Source: Camelus dromedarius
Taxonomy: Eukaryota
Reading direction: 5' to 3'
Assembly (NCBI RefSeq): GCF_036321535.1
Contig: NC_087437.1
Span: 103,046,001-103,110,000 of the forward strand
Length of the DNA: 64,000 nucleotides
The position numbers and the translations under genes are program-made. Of the stretch, positions 25,557 to 39,991 are shown in pieces. Positions within the stretch are counted from its first letter, which is position 1. Every line of letters begins with the position of its first letter. Below the pieces are notes generated by a model. The model was not told the origin of the DNA and searched no databases. It saw only the letters and a program-made list of their open reading frames with translations.

Positions 25557-27811
25557 TGCTATAAAATATTGCTAATTATAAAATGTACTTTGAAAAAGTA
25601 TAAAAATGGCCATGTTTAATGGTAAAATTATCCCTTAAGATGTCTAAAAGCTTCAAATTGTTTCTTTTTTGACCTGAAGAATTTTCTATATTAATTTTTG
25701 CCTTTTATTTAATTATTCCCTCTTACTGTAGAAACAAGAGAAAATGAAAGTAATGTTTTCCATGCTCTCAACTGTAATTTTGCGCTTGACTTTAATAAGA
25801 TTTTATTTGGAGGTTTATTGGTTGTAGACATTCAGCTATAAATTAGATTTATTAAATTATATGAAATTATTAACTTCAATTTCTGTTGTTTTATTCTGTT
25901 ATTTGTTCATTTTTTTTGGTTATGTAAGTAATCCATTGTTAAAATAGAATATTGCATATTTACCACTGAGAGCTACTAGTAATATCTAATTTAGTCCTCT
26001 TCAGTCAACATTTTATATTAATTTACCATTTGACCTATCATTTTTACTTTGAGATAATTAATTGCAGCATTGGTTGCAGTGAATAAAGACTGTAATAGGT
26101 AACTATGTAGCCATCTACAGGTGACCTAATACATACCCAGTAGTTTATCCACAAAAGACTGCAATTTGAGCAAGAGTGAAGAAATTCTCTACATAGTGAC
26201 ATGAATATACTCCTTGCATGTAGCATTAACTTGAGAATAAAAGCATGACACAGAAAAGGGTACAGTTTGCAAAAGGAAGAAGGAAACAAAAATGTGTATT
26301 AATAGTTGCATGAAGAAATACAAGTAATTAATAAAGTGGTTAAAGAGGAAAGGGGTTAGGTGAAGAATTGTGTGTCTATCTTTATATTTCATTATATTTT
26401 TGAACCTATGGATATGATCTATTTTAAAAGTCAAATTAAAAGAACATAAAAATCAGATTTATTTGACAAAAAGTTGGAAAACACAGAAAAGCAAAATGAT
26501 ACTGCACCAAAACTTCAGTTAACATTTTCTCATTCTTTTGTATTTATTTCCATTGAAGGTAATATTTACTTGATTGAATTTCTGAGGTCTTTCATAGTAG
26601 GGTTCACTAAGAATGGAATTTGAGATGGCCATGGAAACTTTTCCCATGAATTTTGTTTAAAGCAACGTGACGGGCCAATTTGATCTTCACTATCTTGTGA
26701 TCTGATGGTATAAAACAAAACTCTGCTTTACTCAGGTTTAATTTTAAAACTCAGTGCTCATCAGACAATTGTAATTTTGCTACTACTTTACTGTATTCAC
26801 AAATTAGGAACAAAAATGTGGAAAATATTGGCCAATTAGTTATTAATTCTGAATTAAGAACATGCAAAATATTAATTAGATTTTGTAGCAAGGCAGTATT
26901 ACTAAGTATACTGATGCTCAGGGTTGGAAATGACTAACCACATTTGGAAAGAACTGACTAATGTATTTAGTTTACTATAACCAATGAGCTAGACCTTCTT
27001 TCAAGATTAAATTATACAACTGGCTTTTCTTTATGTCAGTCATTTAAAATTTTGCATATGATAAAGTTTTTATCTGTTTTGAGTTCCAAAAAAACCTTGT
27101 TTCTATTAAATAGCACTTTAAATTGACCAACTTCATAAATATGAAATGAAAGATTAATGCAAGTAACCAGAACCAATATTAATAAAAACTGAGACATGTT
27201 AGATGATATAATAGCCTATGAGGCAGCAGTGAAGAGCAAAATAAACAAATTAAAAAAAAATAGAGAAAAAAAGAACAATGCACATGTGACATCTTTGACA
27301 CTTGATATGACCATTGGAAAGTAACAAAACATCAAAATCATGAAGGGAATGCAGTTTACATAATGGAAATATCTTATTGCATAAAGAGTGTCTGCATAAT
27401 ATTAAAATACCAATATTATTACTACACAATATTATGTAACCAGTTGAGTATATTAAAAATTGCTGAGGAGGTAAAGTTGCAAACTGAAGATACTTGCTTC
27501 TTTATCAAAGGAGGAGACATAATTAAACTGAAAAATACTGCAATTTTCTTGCATCCTTGCACAATATAAATCAGCTTTGCAAATGTAGTTTCCCAGTTGT
27601 TTCATTTTTTTCTCTCTTCAGTGTTCATAGGCAGTGGAAAGAACCATGTGTTGATGAAGTCATGGAAAGACCTGAAGAAAGGAATTAAATTATTTTCCAT
27701 GTACACTGAGAATAACACTATAGTATGTTAAAACTACAAGGTACTTTGGTGTTAATCTGGTCCATCTAGTCTCTTGCCCACAGACTCAGATAGATTTCCT
27801 TTTTTATTCCT

Positions 27812-30800
27812 TCACTTTTGTGGTAAAATATGCATAACATGAAATTAATCAACTTAACAATTTTTAAGTGGACATTTAGGTGGTATTACATACACTCATA
27901 ACATCGCACGACATTCACCACCATCCATCTCTGTAACTCTTTTCATCCCGCAAAACTGGAATTCTCTGCCCATTTAACAATAATTCCCATTCCCCTCTCC
28001 TTCTGACCTCTAGGAACCACCGTTACACTTTCTATATCTGTGATTCTGATAACTCTAAGTGCATAGTAAGTGGAATTATAGAGTGCTTGTCTCTCTGTGG
28101 TTGGTTTCTTTCACATTGCATAGTGTCCTCAAGGTTCATTCATGTTGTAGTATATGTCAGAATTTTCTTTCTTTTTTAAGGCTGAATGATTTTCTGTTTT
28201 ATGCATGTATAAAATTTTGCTTATCCATTTTTTCATCTATGGACATTTAGGTTGCTTCCAGTTTTTAAATATTATGAATAATGCTGCCATGAGCATGGAT
28301 GCACAAATATCTCTTTGAGACCTTGCTTGCATTCATTTGAGTGTATACCCATAAGTGAAATTGCTGGATCACACGGCAATTCTATGTTTAAATTTTTGAA
28401 GACCCACCATGCTGTTTTCCACAATAGCTGTGCTGTTTTGCATTTCACCAGCAATACAAAAGGTTTCAATTTCTCCACATCCTCACCAACACTTGCTATT
28501 TTATTTTACTTTTTTAATAGTAGTCTTCCTACTGGATATGAGACAGTATCTCAATGTGGTTTGGACTTGCAGTTCCCTGGGTGATGTTGAGCATCTTTTC
28601 ATGTGCTTATTGGCCATTTCTGCATCTACTTTGGAGAAATGTCTACTTAAGTGCTCTTGCCCGTTTTTGAATTGGGTTGTTTTGTTGTTGATTTTTAAAA
28701 GTTCTCTATATATTCTAGATATTAATCTCTTACCAGATATACAGCTTGTAAATATTTCCTCCATTCTGTAGGCTGTGCTTTTACTTTATTTTTCCTTCTG
28801 TTCCCTGTGCCTTTGGTGTCATATTCAAGGAGTACATTGCCAAATCCCATGTCATGAAGCTCTTGCCCTGTATTTTTTTTCCGGAGAGTTTTATAGTTTT
28901 TATGTTTGGTTCCATTCCATTTGAGTTAATTTTTGTATTTGGTTTTAAATAAGGGTCTTGCTTTCTTCTTTTGCATGTGGGTATCTAGTGTTCCCAGCAC
29001 CATTTGTTGAATGGTTTTGGCACCTTTGTCAAAAATCATTTAATAACGTATGTGATGATTTATTTGGGGGCTCTCTATTCTATTTCATTGATCTATTATG
29101 GCTGTCTCTATGCCAGTACTTCACTGTTTTGGTCACTGTTAAGTTTTAAAATCAGAAAGTGTGAATCTTAACTCTATTCTTCTTTCAAAGATTGCTTTAG
29201 CTAGTTGGAGTCACTTGAGATGCCAGGCGAATTTTAGAATGAGTTTTTCTATATATTCAAAAAAATGCCATTGAGATTTTGTTATGGATTCCATTGAATT
29301 TGTAGATCACTTTGGGTAGTATTAACATCTTAATGTTAAATCTTCCAATCCCATGAACATGGGGTATATTTACACATATTTATGTTTTTTCTCTCAGCAA
29401 TGTTTTATAGTTTCATTGTACAAGTTTTACTTAGTTGGTTAATTCTTGAGTATTTCATTCTTTTGGATGCTATTGTAAATGGAATTGTTTTTGTATCTTC
29501 CATTTCAGATTGTTTATTGTAAGTGTGTAAAAATGCAATTGGTTTTTGTGTGATGACTATGTAGTCTTCTACTTTATTGAATTCATCTTTTACATCTAAA
29601 ATTTTTTATGGACTCTTCAGGGTTTTCTACATACAAGATCATATCATTTGTAAACAGAGATAATTTTACTTTTTTTTTTCCAATTTGGATTCTTGCATTT
29701 CTGTCCCTTGCCTAAATACTCTGGCTAGAACTTCTAGTACCATGCTGAATAGAAGCGGCAAAAGTAGGTATTGTTGCCTTGTTTCTGATCTAGAGGAAAA
29801 ACATTCAGCCTTTTACCATTGAATATGGTGTTTCTTGTGGCTTTTTCATATATGGATTTTATTATGTTGATGGTTGGTAGAGTTTCTTTTTATTCCTGAC
29901 ATTTTTAAGGTTGTACATGAAAGGTGTTGTATTTTGTCAAATGCTTTTTCTGCGTTAGTTGAGATGATCATATATTTTTTCCCCTTCTTTTGATGACTGT
30001 GATGTACTACATTTATAGATTTTTGTATGTTGAACCACCTTTGAATTCCAGGAATAAATCCCACTTGGTCATGGTGTATAATCATTTTGATATACTACTG
30101 AATTCAGTTTGCTAGTATTTTTTTAAAGATGTTTACATAAATGTTCAAAAGGATACTGCCTGTAGATTTTTTGTTTGCTTGTTTTTGTAGTGCTTTTGTT
30201 CTGACTTTGTCATCAGAGTAATGCTGGCCTGAATAGGATAACTTAGGGAATATGCCCTCTTCTTTTTCAATTATTGATTTTTTGATTACAGAGTCAGTCA
30301 CCTGACTAGTTGTATGTCTATTCAGATTTCATTTTTATTGATGATTTATTTTTGACACATTTTGTGTTTCTAGGAATTTGTCCATTTTTTCTGGAGTATC
30401 CAATTTGTTGGCGTACAGTTGTTTATAGTGTCCTCTTAAAATCCTTTTTTATTCCTTTATAATTGTTAATAATATCCCCATGTTCATTTCCGATTTTAGT
30501 AATTTGAGCTTTCTCTTTTATCTTAGTCCATCTAGCTAAAGTTTTGTCAATTTTGTTGATCTTAATGAAAGACTTCTGGTTTCATTAATTTTGTATTTTT
30601 TGTGTTCTTAATTTAAAAAAAATTGTCCTAATATTTATTATTAATGTCCTTCTGCTAGCTTGGATTGATTATGTTTTTTTTAAATTCTAGTTCCTTAAGT
30701 TAAAATTAATTTGTGGCATAACATATGGGCTATTCTGAAAAATGTCCTATGTACACGTGAGAAGAATGTGTTTGCTTTCACTTTGGGGTAGGGTGTTCTG

Positions 30801-33378
30801 TATATGTTTGCTAGATCTAGTTGGTGTATTGTGTTGTGTAAGTCTTCTGCTTCCTTACTTGTCATCTCTCTGGTCATTTCAATCCATTATTGAGACTGCA
30901 ATATTGAAATCTCCAACTTTTATTGTAGAATTACGTCTTCCTTCAAACTTGTTATTTTTGTTTTATATATTTCAGTGGTCTATAATTAGGAGCATATATG
31001 TTTATGTTTGTGATATTTCCTTGCTCTATTAAATTTTTATTACTCTGTAATATCTTATTCCCTTGTAAACTTTTTTTTTTAAATTTAAAGTCTATTTTGT
31101 CTATTTGTAGTATCATCCTGGCTCTCTTTTGGTTATTATATTTTTCTCTGTTTTTTCACTTTCAATTTGTTTGTGTCTTTGTAGCTATAGTGAGTCTCTA
31201 ATGGATAGCACATAATTTTATTATGAATTTTAGCCATTCTGCCAATCTCTGTCTATTAGAGAGTTTAATTCATTTACATTTAAAGTAATTATTGATAAGA
31301 AAGGACTTCTGTCATTTTGCTATTTGTTTTCTAAATGTCTTACAGTTTTTTGTCATTATTTCATATATTACTGTATTCTGTTAATAGTGTTTTTTTGGTA
31401 GTGAAACTTAAAATTTTTTTCTCATTTCCTTTTGTGTATATTTCATAGCTAATTTCTTTGTGTTATTGGTGATATTGCGCTTAACATCCTAAAGTTATAA
31501 AGCTGTTACTTGAAATTAGACCAGCTTAACTTCAATAGCATGAATAAACTCTACTCTTTTTTTATAGCTTATCCTCATCCCTTTTGGTTATTGATGTCAC
31601 AAAATTACATTTTTATACATTGTGTGTCCAAAAACTTAAACTGATAATTCTTTAAAATGTATTGGTCCCAAATTATGTAGAAAACAAAATTAGGAGTTTC
31701 AAAACACAGTTAAAATAATATTAGCTTTTAGACTAATATTCTTTTAAAATATATTAACTTAAATCATGTAGAAAATAAAAAGTAGAATAATATTTTAATT
31801 TCTCCCTCACTGTTGAAGGACAGTTTTCCCAGATATAGGTTTCTTGGTTGACAGTATTTTTGTTTTTTAATTTTCTTCCTTTTAGCACTTGAATATATGA
31901 GCCCACTGCCTTCTGTCTTCCTAAGTTTCTGATACAAACTCTGTTGATAATGTTATTGAGGCTCCCTTTATGTTGTGAGTCACTTCTCTCTTGCTGCTTT
32001 CAAGAGTTTCTCTCTGCCTTTGGCTTTTGAAGAGTTCATTATAATGTGTCTTGGCCTGGTCCTCACTGAACTTGTTTAGTTGTAGTTTGTTGAGTTTCTT
32101 GGATGTTTGTATTTATAGCTGAAGTTTTCAGCCATTATTTCTTCATATGTTCTCTCTCTCTTCTCCTTCTGGGACTCCCACTGTATGATTGTTGGTCTAC
32201 CTGATGGTGTCTCATACTGGTTCCTTAGGCTCTATTCATTTTTTTCAATCTTTTTGTCTTTTTTTCTACTCAAATGCTAAAATTTTCGTTAACCTATTTC
32301 ATGTTCACTGACTCTTCTACTTGCTCAAATCTGTCTGTGGCTCCCTCGAATGGATTTTTTTCATTTTCAATTATTGTCCTTGTAAGTTCCAGAGTTTATT
32401 TTTGGTTTCATTCTAGGTTTTCTATCTCTTTATATATTTCTAGCTTGTTCATAAATTACTTGAATTCCTCCACCTCTTCCTTTAGTTCTTTGAGCATCTT
32501 TAAGATAATTCTTTCAAACTCTTTCTCTACCTTCAGGTCTTTTTCAGGGTCAGTTTCTGTTTATTTAATTTCTCCTTTCAATGGGCCATACTTTCCTGTG
32601 TGTTTGTAGGGCCTTGTAACGTTTTGTTGGATACTGGGTATTTGAACCTAATAACGTGGTTACTGTGGAAATCAGATTCTCTCTCAACCCTAGGGTTTAC
32701 TGTTAACTGTTTTTTGGTTTGGGGGTTTTGTTTGTTTGTTTGTTTGTTTGTTTTTAATTGTAGTCTGTCTCCATGCCAAAGATCAGCTTGAGGTGTAAAC
32801 TTAAGGTAACCTTGTGTATTCTCTAAACCTGCACCTTTCCCTCAGCAGGCATGATCACTTTCTAATAAGTCCAGTATATACATTGTTTTAGAATGCCCTG
32901 GTCTTTAATGTCTGGCTCTTAAAATGGTAAGAAGGAAAAATGAAGGGAGGGTATGAAAGAGTGTCAGCCTGTGGCTGTCACAGCAATCAGTGCAGGGTAC
33001 AACAACAGTGGCCACTGCTACCTCTTCATCTGCACTTCTGTGATCAAAAGCATCAGTCAGTGATCAGTGCACAGATCCTTCATATATGAATGACAAAGTC
33101 CTCTTTGCTTATCCTGGCTTTCTGTGGTCATCCTGCTTCAAGATTATGTGCACAGCTGCCTGCCTTAGATGGGGAGGGTGATAGGTAGCTGCTACTATAC
33201 TGCCAGCTGAAATTGACCAGTATTAAGCACAGTGTGTCTTCCATTTTTTTTGTCTGGAAGTTGTAAGCATTCAATAGGCCCCAGTTCCAACATAGTTACA
33301 TTAGACAGATTCTGCCAGTGCAGTTGCATGTAGTGTGAAGACAGATACCTGTTGGTTCCTGCTCTGCTGTCTTCCTCA
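27812..33378 (-). mobile_element. Long decayed L1 (L1MB-type 3' end), about 5.5 kb, from 3'UTR to 5'UTR
   Basis: 3' end ttgtggtaaaatatgcataacatgaaatt; ORF2 relics [25 protein letters not shown] (29846..30085), KRLISRIYRELLKINNK (28501..28764), TFFSRVHRTF (30695..30877); many stops and frameshifts. Confidence 0.92.
32726..32752. repeat. (TTTG)n microsatellite
   Basis: ttttgttgtttgtttgtttgtttgtt seen directly, inside the L1. Confidence 0.85.
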
Positions 33379-35849
33379 TATCCTCTCTTATGTGAATGTC
33401 TAAGTGCCCTGCAGCCTTAAAAGTAAAAACAAGGATAGGTAAATAAGAAAACACTGTGAGTTTTAAAATTAGCAGTCTTCTGCAAAGTAGAGGATCTACA
33501 TGTGAATTCATTTGCTGATATATATTTAGGATACATCTGAATAATCAGTGAATTAAAAAAGAGTTGCTTCCCTGACAGTGGGAGGGTGGAGTTTGTCATC
33601 CTGATCATGAATAAAGTTGGAGAGATTATTAGTATTGGTTAATCAGAACCATACAAGTATTTCATGGTTAGTACCATATTCTTCATGTTCTAAGAAATAT
33701 TTGAGGGAAAGTGGATAGAGGAAGACTGTAAGACCCAGAAGACATAGAATGCCACTGTTGATGAAAGGAAATTAAGGTGTTAAATTAGTGATATCTTTGG
33801 TGCCTAAGCAGCCAATGAGGGAAATTATAACTTGATGTTGAACCAGAGCCTCCATATAAGTGAGTTATGGAGCCACTTCCTTACACACCCGTATGTTTCT
33901 TGTAGCTAAAGTGTGAAAACAGAAGCTTGCCAGAAAGCACTGATTACTTAGCAGATATGGAATATAAATCTTGATAAAGTTATTAAAATTGGATTTTTCA
34001 GATATAATGAAATGCAAAAAATATATTTTTAAAAATTAGAATAGATGTTGATCTTGTGGGAGAAAAATTAATTCAGATAAATATAATATCTTTTAAAATT
34101 ATTTACTCCAACTCAACAATGAATTCAGAAACAATAAGGTGATATATGTAAAAACAGTAGAGTCTAAACAGTGAGTAACAAATTTCCTGAACATCTTGAC
34201 ATCTAACTTAGTGAAAACCTCTGCAGATTTTGATGCTATTAATCTCTGGAATAGTTCTGGAATTACTCTTCAAAGTACTTTAAAGTATCTAAATATGCCG
34301 TATTAACATTTTTCTGCTAATCTACGCTACAAGTAAGAACACGTATATCATTAGCAGAATTAACATCATAAAACATTGAGATTAAGATTTGTCAATTTTT
34401 AGAGATTATCCAGCATATTCAGTTTACTTTATAGATAAGAAAATTATGGTAAAGGAAAAATAACTTATTTAGGTAACAGAAGCAGCACAAGAACTGGAGC
34501 ATGTGGTTCTCCATTTGGAAATGTTTTTATTTTCAAAAACACTACAGAGAGAGTTTCTAATAGTTTATTTTCATTGTAATTCCTTAAGTTAAAATCTTTA
34601 TTATAACAAAAATAGTCATAGTATTTTTGCAACTGCATATATAAATAACAAAAGGAAAAGCAATACATGTTGATTAAAATGTTTTATTTCATAATTAGAA
34701 GAGAAGGAGAACAGGATACAGGAAGTCAGTTTTCAGTGACTTAAGATGCAGTTAACATCTGAAAAAAAAGTCTATTCTGTTGTAATACTAGTAATTATTA
34801 TGTTACTTTACAGATAGCATGTCAAGTCATGCCCCTTATATCTAAATTCATAAAGGCAGAAACTTGACTTATAGTGCTTAATTACTAAGGTACGTATCAG
34901 TTCCTACCCCACCATCAACTGCAGTAATGCAGCATCAGTGCTGACCTGAATGCTATTGTAGAGATGTTTAATTACAATCAGGCTTTTAAATGCCTGTCTG
35001 GTCATGTTTAGGATATGTAAAAATCAAATATTTTAAATCTTTAATTATAGGCATATTGTATCATCATATTCAATTTAAAATAATGAAAGTGTACATTAAA
35101 TCAGAATTTATGTTGGGCTTTGAAATTTAGCTTCTGTTATGTCATTGATTTGTTTATTGCAAACAGTGCATTTTGGTAATAGTTTCAACATGTTCAAAAT
35201 GTGCAGCATATACAGTTTTTGCAATGTAATTAGTTAGAAATTGAGGAAGCTTAATTTTAAAATTGAATTGTTCATGAAAATCTATTTCATACTCTTTATG
35301 GATCAAGCAGTTTCTCTACGTAAAATGTTCTGTAGTTGTTTGAAGAAATTAAGTGTAGTTAATCAGAAAGAACATTATGGTTTGACACTTAATTTGAAAG
35401 CCCTGTCTTGAAGCAGTGAGTGATTGCTTATAGAATTACTTACACTGATGAGAACCCAAATAGGAAATCCATTTACGCTCCAAGTAGATCTCAGTATTGA
35501 TGTAAGTCAGGGTGGTATACTCTGTCTTTTTGCAAGAAATAATTCATAAAAGTGTGTGTACATATACATATATATGTATATATTTGCTAAAATAGTTTAT
35601 TGTTTAGTTTAATAGATTAAAAATACTAATATAGCATAACAGTGAATTATCTAATTATTGTACATTAGATGGCTGATCAGTGATTTTAAAGTCATTTTAC
35701 TATGCAGTCAGGTCAGTCCTCTTGATGTAAGTACAGAAGTGAACTACCAAGTTTTAAAGCTCAGCATTAAAAAAAAAATGGTAAAAAAGTCCCAATGGTG
35801 TTGGTAAAATGTTTTTCATCTCTGTTTAATCTACATGCAACTTTTTCAG

Positions 35850-35967
35850 TGCCACCAGCAATCACAATGCCTCAGAAATCCTTTAATGCCACAGCAGAAA
35901 GAGGAGAAGAGATGACATTTTCCTGCAGGGCCTCTGGGTCTCCCGAGCCCACCATCTCCTGGTACAG
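35850..35967 (+). CDS. NCAM2: NCAM2 coding exon 6 (118 nt), Ig3 first half: (V)[38 protein letters not shown](R)
   Basis: Acceptor ctttttcag ends at 35849, donor CAG|gtaggt at 35968; phase 1/2; Ig Cys and Trp present; NAT sequon; absent from the ORF track. Confidence 0.97.
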
Positions 35968-37699
35968 GTAGGTTATGCACCCATGTCTCTCTAGCTGTGT
36001 CCATAATCAGGCTTCAGGAAAAATACTTACAATATTATCGTTTTGTCTCAAAGGATAACATTGTTTTAGATTTTCATTTAAAAATAATGATGCTTTTGTT
36101 TTCAGTTAAGTTGGTTGAATTAAATAATTAAAGATGACAACAGAGTGATTTAACACAAGTCAAAGGCACTCATAGTCCTGATCATTTTGTCTAAAAGGCA
36201 TGTTTCTGGCCAAAATGGGCCCAGGAGCCCGGTGACTGATTCAACCACTTTATTGTTAATACTAGAGTACTCAGAAGTGGGAATTTTAGTGTAGATGACA
36301 CTACTGTTGTATGAGTACAAAATGATATTTTGTTAAATATAATTGTATATTTTATTGCATATCATATTATTACAGAAAAAAGCTAGTTATGTAGAGTTAA
36401 ATTTCCGTAAATTTTTATGTAAAAAAAGTTCAAATGAATAAATTCTCTATTCTAAATCTATTGTTTGACAATTTACTTTTATATTTTTTTTATTTTTAAA
36501 TATTTTTTATTTCAATTAACATAAAACAGATATCAAAATGTTCCATACTTTTAGACTGTGGATCACAGTGTTAAAAGAGAGACAGTGAAAGCTTAAAAAT
36601 GAACACTCTTTTAAGTATATATTAGTTATTAATTTAGGTTACTACTCAAGCAAAGCTACAAATTATTTTTAGAATAACTTTTCATAAATTGTGTAGGATA
36701 ATAATCACAAAAAAATAGAAAAATATATTCAAATTGACAAACGTGTCAAAAAAACTATTTTAAGGAGAATAATTGAAATTCAAACTGTTTTTTAATAACG
36801 TTCTGAGCATTTGCCGATATTATCTTCAAGTTTCAAACCTTTATCTGTTTAACATTGCAGGTAGCGATGAACAAGATATTTCTTCAGACAACTGTTTTTA
36901 GATGTTCTTTGCAGACAGTAATTCCTTTCTGACACACCGTTGGTATTTTTTAAGAGATTACACATCAGGAATTAACATATTTACCCCAGATACTTATCTT
37001 TATCTCAGAAACTTCTGCTTTCTAGCGCACATCCTTAACGGCCAATATTAGATCTAATTGCAGCACAGAAAAGCTCCTGGATCGTTCATTACAACAGACA
37101 ACTCATGTTCCAGAATTTTATTTTCATCATTTTATCTTTCCAGAGAGACTACCTTTGAGTTTAGATTTTTTTCCCTCAAAGTTAAACATTTGTTCAAAAT
37201 TCTCATATGTAAGTGGAAATATAATTATCATACAGCCTAGAATAAATCAGATTCAGAGGCTAATATAATTGATTAATTTAATCCATAAGTTTTCATCTCC
37301 ATTTTTTCATATGACATTAGTTTCACCCTTTGAATGGAATATAATAGTAATTATTCCAGCCATTGGATATATATAATGACCTTAACAGAGGTAAAATTGA
37401 CATTAAAAGGACACTTATTTTGACATATTTACCTGTAGATATAGACATATTATCTTCATGAAAAAAAGTTCAGTATGTATTAGGGCAGCAACCCAGAGAG
37501 AAAGATCCAAACACTATCTGTTACACAGAGATAGTATCTCCAAGAGGTATGAGTGAAGCCAGTAAAGAAGACAGTTGAAGACCAAACACAGAGGAAAAAT
37601 AAGACATTTTCATAAAAAGAACCAGGAGCACTTCGTGACAGGGAAACCAAAGTGGGAGTAGAAGTGGAAACTCCAAATATCTCTTCCTTTCCATTCAAA

Positions 37700-38820
37700 T
37701 GTTTCTTCTACTTCTATTGAGAATACCGTATGGAGTTTTATTGTTAGCCCTTTAAATTGGTGAATTCCATTGATTTTCAAATATTTAAACAGTCTTTCAC
37801 TCCTTGAAATAAACCCTTTTGTAAGGTCTAATCGTCTCTTAATCCCACCAAGTATTTTTCATCATTCTATTTTTTATGTTTACAAGTTTGATGGAGGCCA
37901 TTTTTTTTGTCTTTCATTCCTCTCTTACCCTGCTTATATTTTAATTCCTTCAACATATAGAATATATTCTAACAGCTATTTTAATGGTCTTGTCTACTAA
38001 TTCTATCATATGTATCATTTCTGGATCTTTTTTATTGATTGATTTTTTGTTGTTGTTCTTACAGGTCATATTTTCCCACTTATTTACTATCCTATCAAGT
38101 TTTTATTGGGTACCAGACATTGAGAGTTTTATGTTTTGGGGTGCTGGATATTTTCATGCTGTTTTATTTTGGCTTTGGATGCAGCTACGTTACTTGGGGA
38201 AAGTTTGGTTTGTTTTTTGGCTCTTTTAGATGCATACAGAACAACCTTCAGTCTAGGATGAATTTGGCTTTGTTACAGATGCAGTAGTCTTGTAAGGAGG
38301 TAACTTAATGCTTTGTGTTTTAGGAGGTCTTTCTACTCTGCGTAGTAGATAGGGATACAGATTACTCCTGGTCTTTTGTGAGCTCCTGGGATTGCTGAGC
38401 TTCGTCTTTTCCAATGGTTCTTTCCTTAGTCTGGGAAAGCCTTACTGGCATGCACTAATCAGTGCTCAGTTAAAGATTGGTTGGGAGGCCTGTGCAGATC
38501 TCTGTAGTCCTCTTACTTGTGCCTTTTGTCACATTTTCTTGCCTGCAAATTCTAGCCGTTTCAATTTCCCCCGACTAGGAGCTTTGTCTTACAGTGCAGA
38601 TACTCTGCCTGGCTCTGTTTGGGCCTTCCTCTCTGAGCTGCAGTCTGGAAACTGTCTTCAGGTAGTAAGCTGTATTGGTCCTCAGAGGTCACTGTCATGT
38701 GCTAACTGTTGATCAATGGTTGAAAATCGTTATTTAATTCCTGTGTCCAATGTTTGTGTCATTTAAAATTAGGGGGTAAAATATGGTCTTTTTATTCCAT
38801 TATGGTCAAAAGTGGAAATA
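37700..38820 (-). mobile_element. Ancient L1M 5' fragment
   Basis: Resembles 22000-23058 (tgtatcatttctggatc, ccagacattgagagtttt, cagtctggaaactgtcttcaggtagtaagctg). Confidence 0.7.
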
Positions 38821-39063
38821 TTCTCCCTTTATCATTTCATTAATCCCCTAATCCCAACCCTTTCTTTCTTTTGCCTGGAAAAGTGGCAATTAGTGAAGGG
38901 TTTAGAATTTCATCAGGATCCTTTGAGAGTCTTTTTCTTACATTGACATTCCACAGAAGCGTACTGTGAATAACAATGGGTACATTCTGTATAATAGGTT
39001 TGTTAGGAGAGAGGTATTAAGAACTATTACCTGAGTTATCATTCTTTAATGATCTTTTAAATT

Positions 39064-39991
39064 ATTTCTTTATTGTAGTATTGTTAATTTACAATGTTGT
39101 GTTAGTTTCTGGTGTACAGCAAAGTGATCCAGTTATACATATATAGAATATACATATATTATTTTTCATATTCTTTTCCATTATGGTTTAATACAGGATA
39201 TTGAATCTAATTCCCTGAGCTATACAGTAGGTCTTTGTTGTTTATCTGTTTTATATATAGTAGTTTGTATCTGATAATCCTAAACTCCTAATTTATCCCT
39301 CGCCTACCTCCTTTCCCCTTTGGTAACCATAAGTTTGTTTTCTATGTCTGTGAGTCTGTTTCTCTTTTGTAAATAAATTCATTTGTATCATAATTTAGAT
39401 TCCACATATAAGTGATTCTATGGTATTTGTTTTTCTTTCTGACTTACTTCACTTAATATGGTAATTTCTAGGTCCATCCATGTTGCTGCATATGGCATTA
39501 TTTCATTATTTTTTATGGCTATTCCATTCTGTGCACCTCTTCTTTATCTATTCATCTGTCAATGGACATTTATGTTTCTTCCATGTCTTGGCTATTTTAA
39601 ATAGTGCTGCTATGAACACTGGGGTGCATGTATCTTTTGAAATTAAGAGTTCCCTCCAGATATATGCTCAGGATTGGGATTGCTGGATCATATGACAACT
39701 GTACTTTTAGTTTTTTAAGGAAGCTCCATACTGATTTCCATAGGGGCTGCACCAGTTTACATTCTCATCAACAGTATAGAAGGGTTCCCTTTTCTGTACA
39801 CCCTCTCTAGCATTTGTTATTTGTAGATGTTTTAATGATGGCCATTCTGATTGATGTGAAATGATACCTTGGTGTAGTCTTGATTTGCATTTCTCTGATA
39901 GTCAATGATGTTGGGCTTCTTTTCATGTGTCTACTGGCCATCTTTATGGGTGTGTTTTCTTTGAAGAAATGTCTGTTTAGGTAGTCTGCCC
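39064..39991 (-). mobile_element. 5'-truncated cetartiodactyl-type L1 3' end
   Basis: tttacaatgttgtgttagtttctggtgtacagcaaagtga tail; degenerate TSD taatgatcttttaaatt (39047-39063) and taatgatatttttaaatt (39992-40009). Confidence 0.9.

Noticed and set aside
27812..33378. Potentially active L1
   Set aside because: ORF2 is broken into short fragments by many stops and frameshifts.
35962..35973. Tandem donors GTACAG|GTA at the ends of exons 6 and 2
   Set aside because: The upstream GT has poor consensus and is explained by the coding sequence (W-Y-R, C-T-A).
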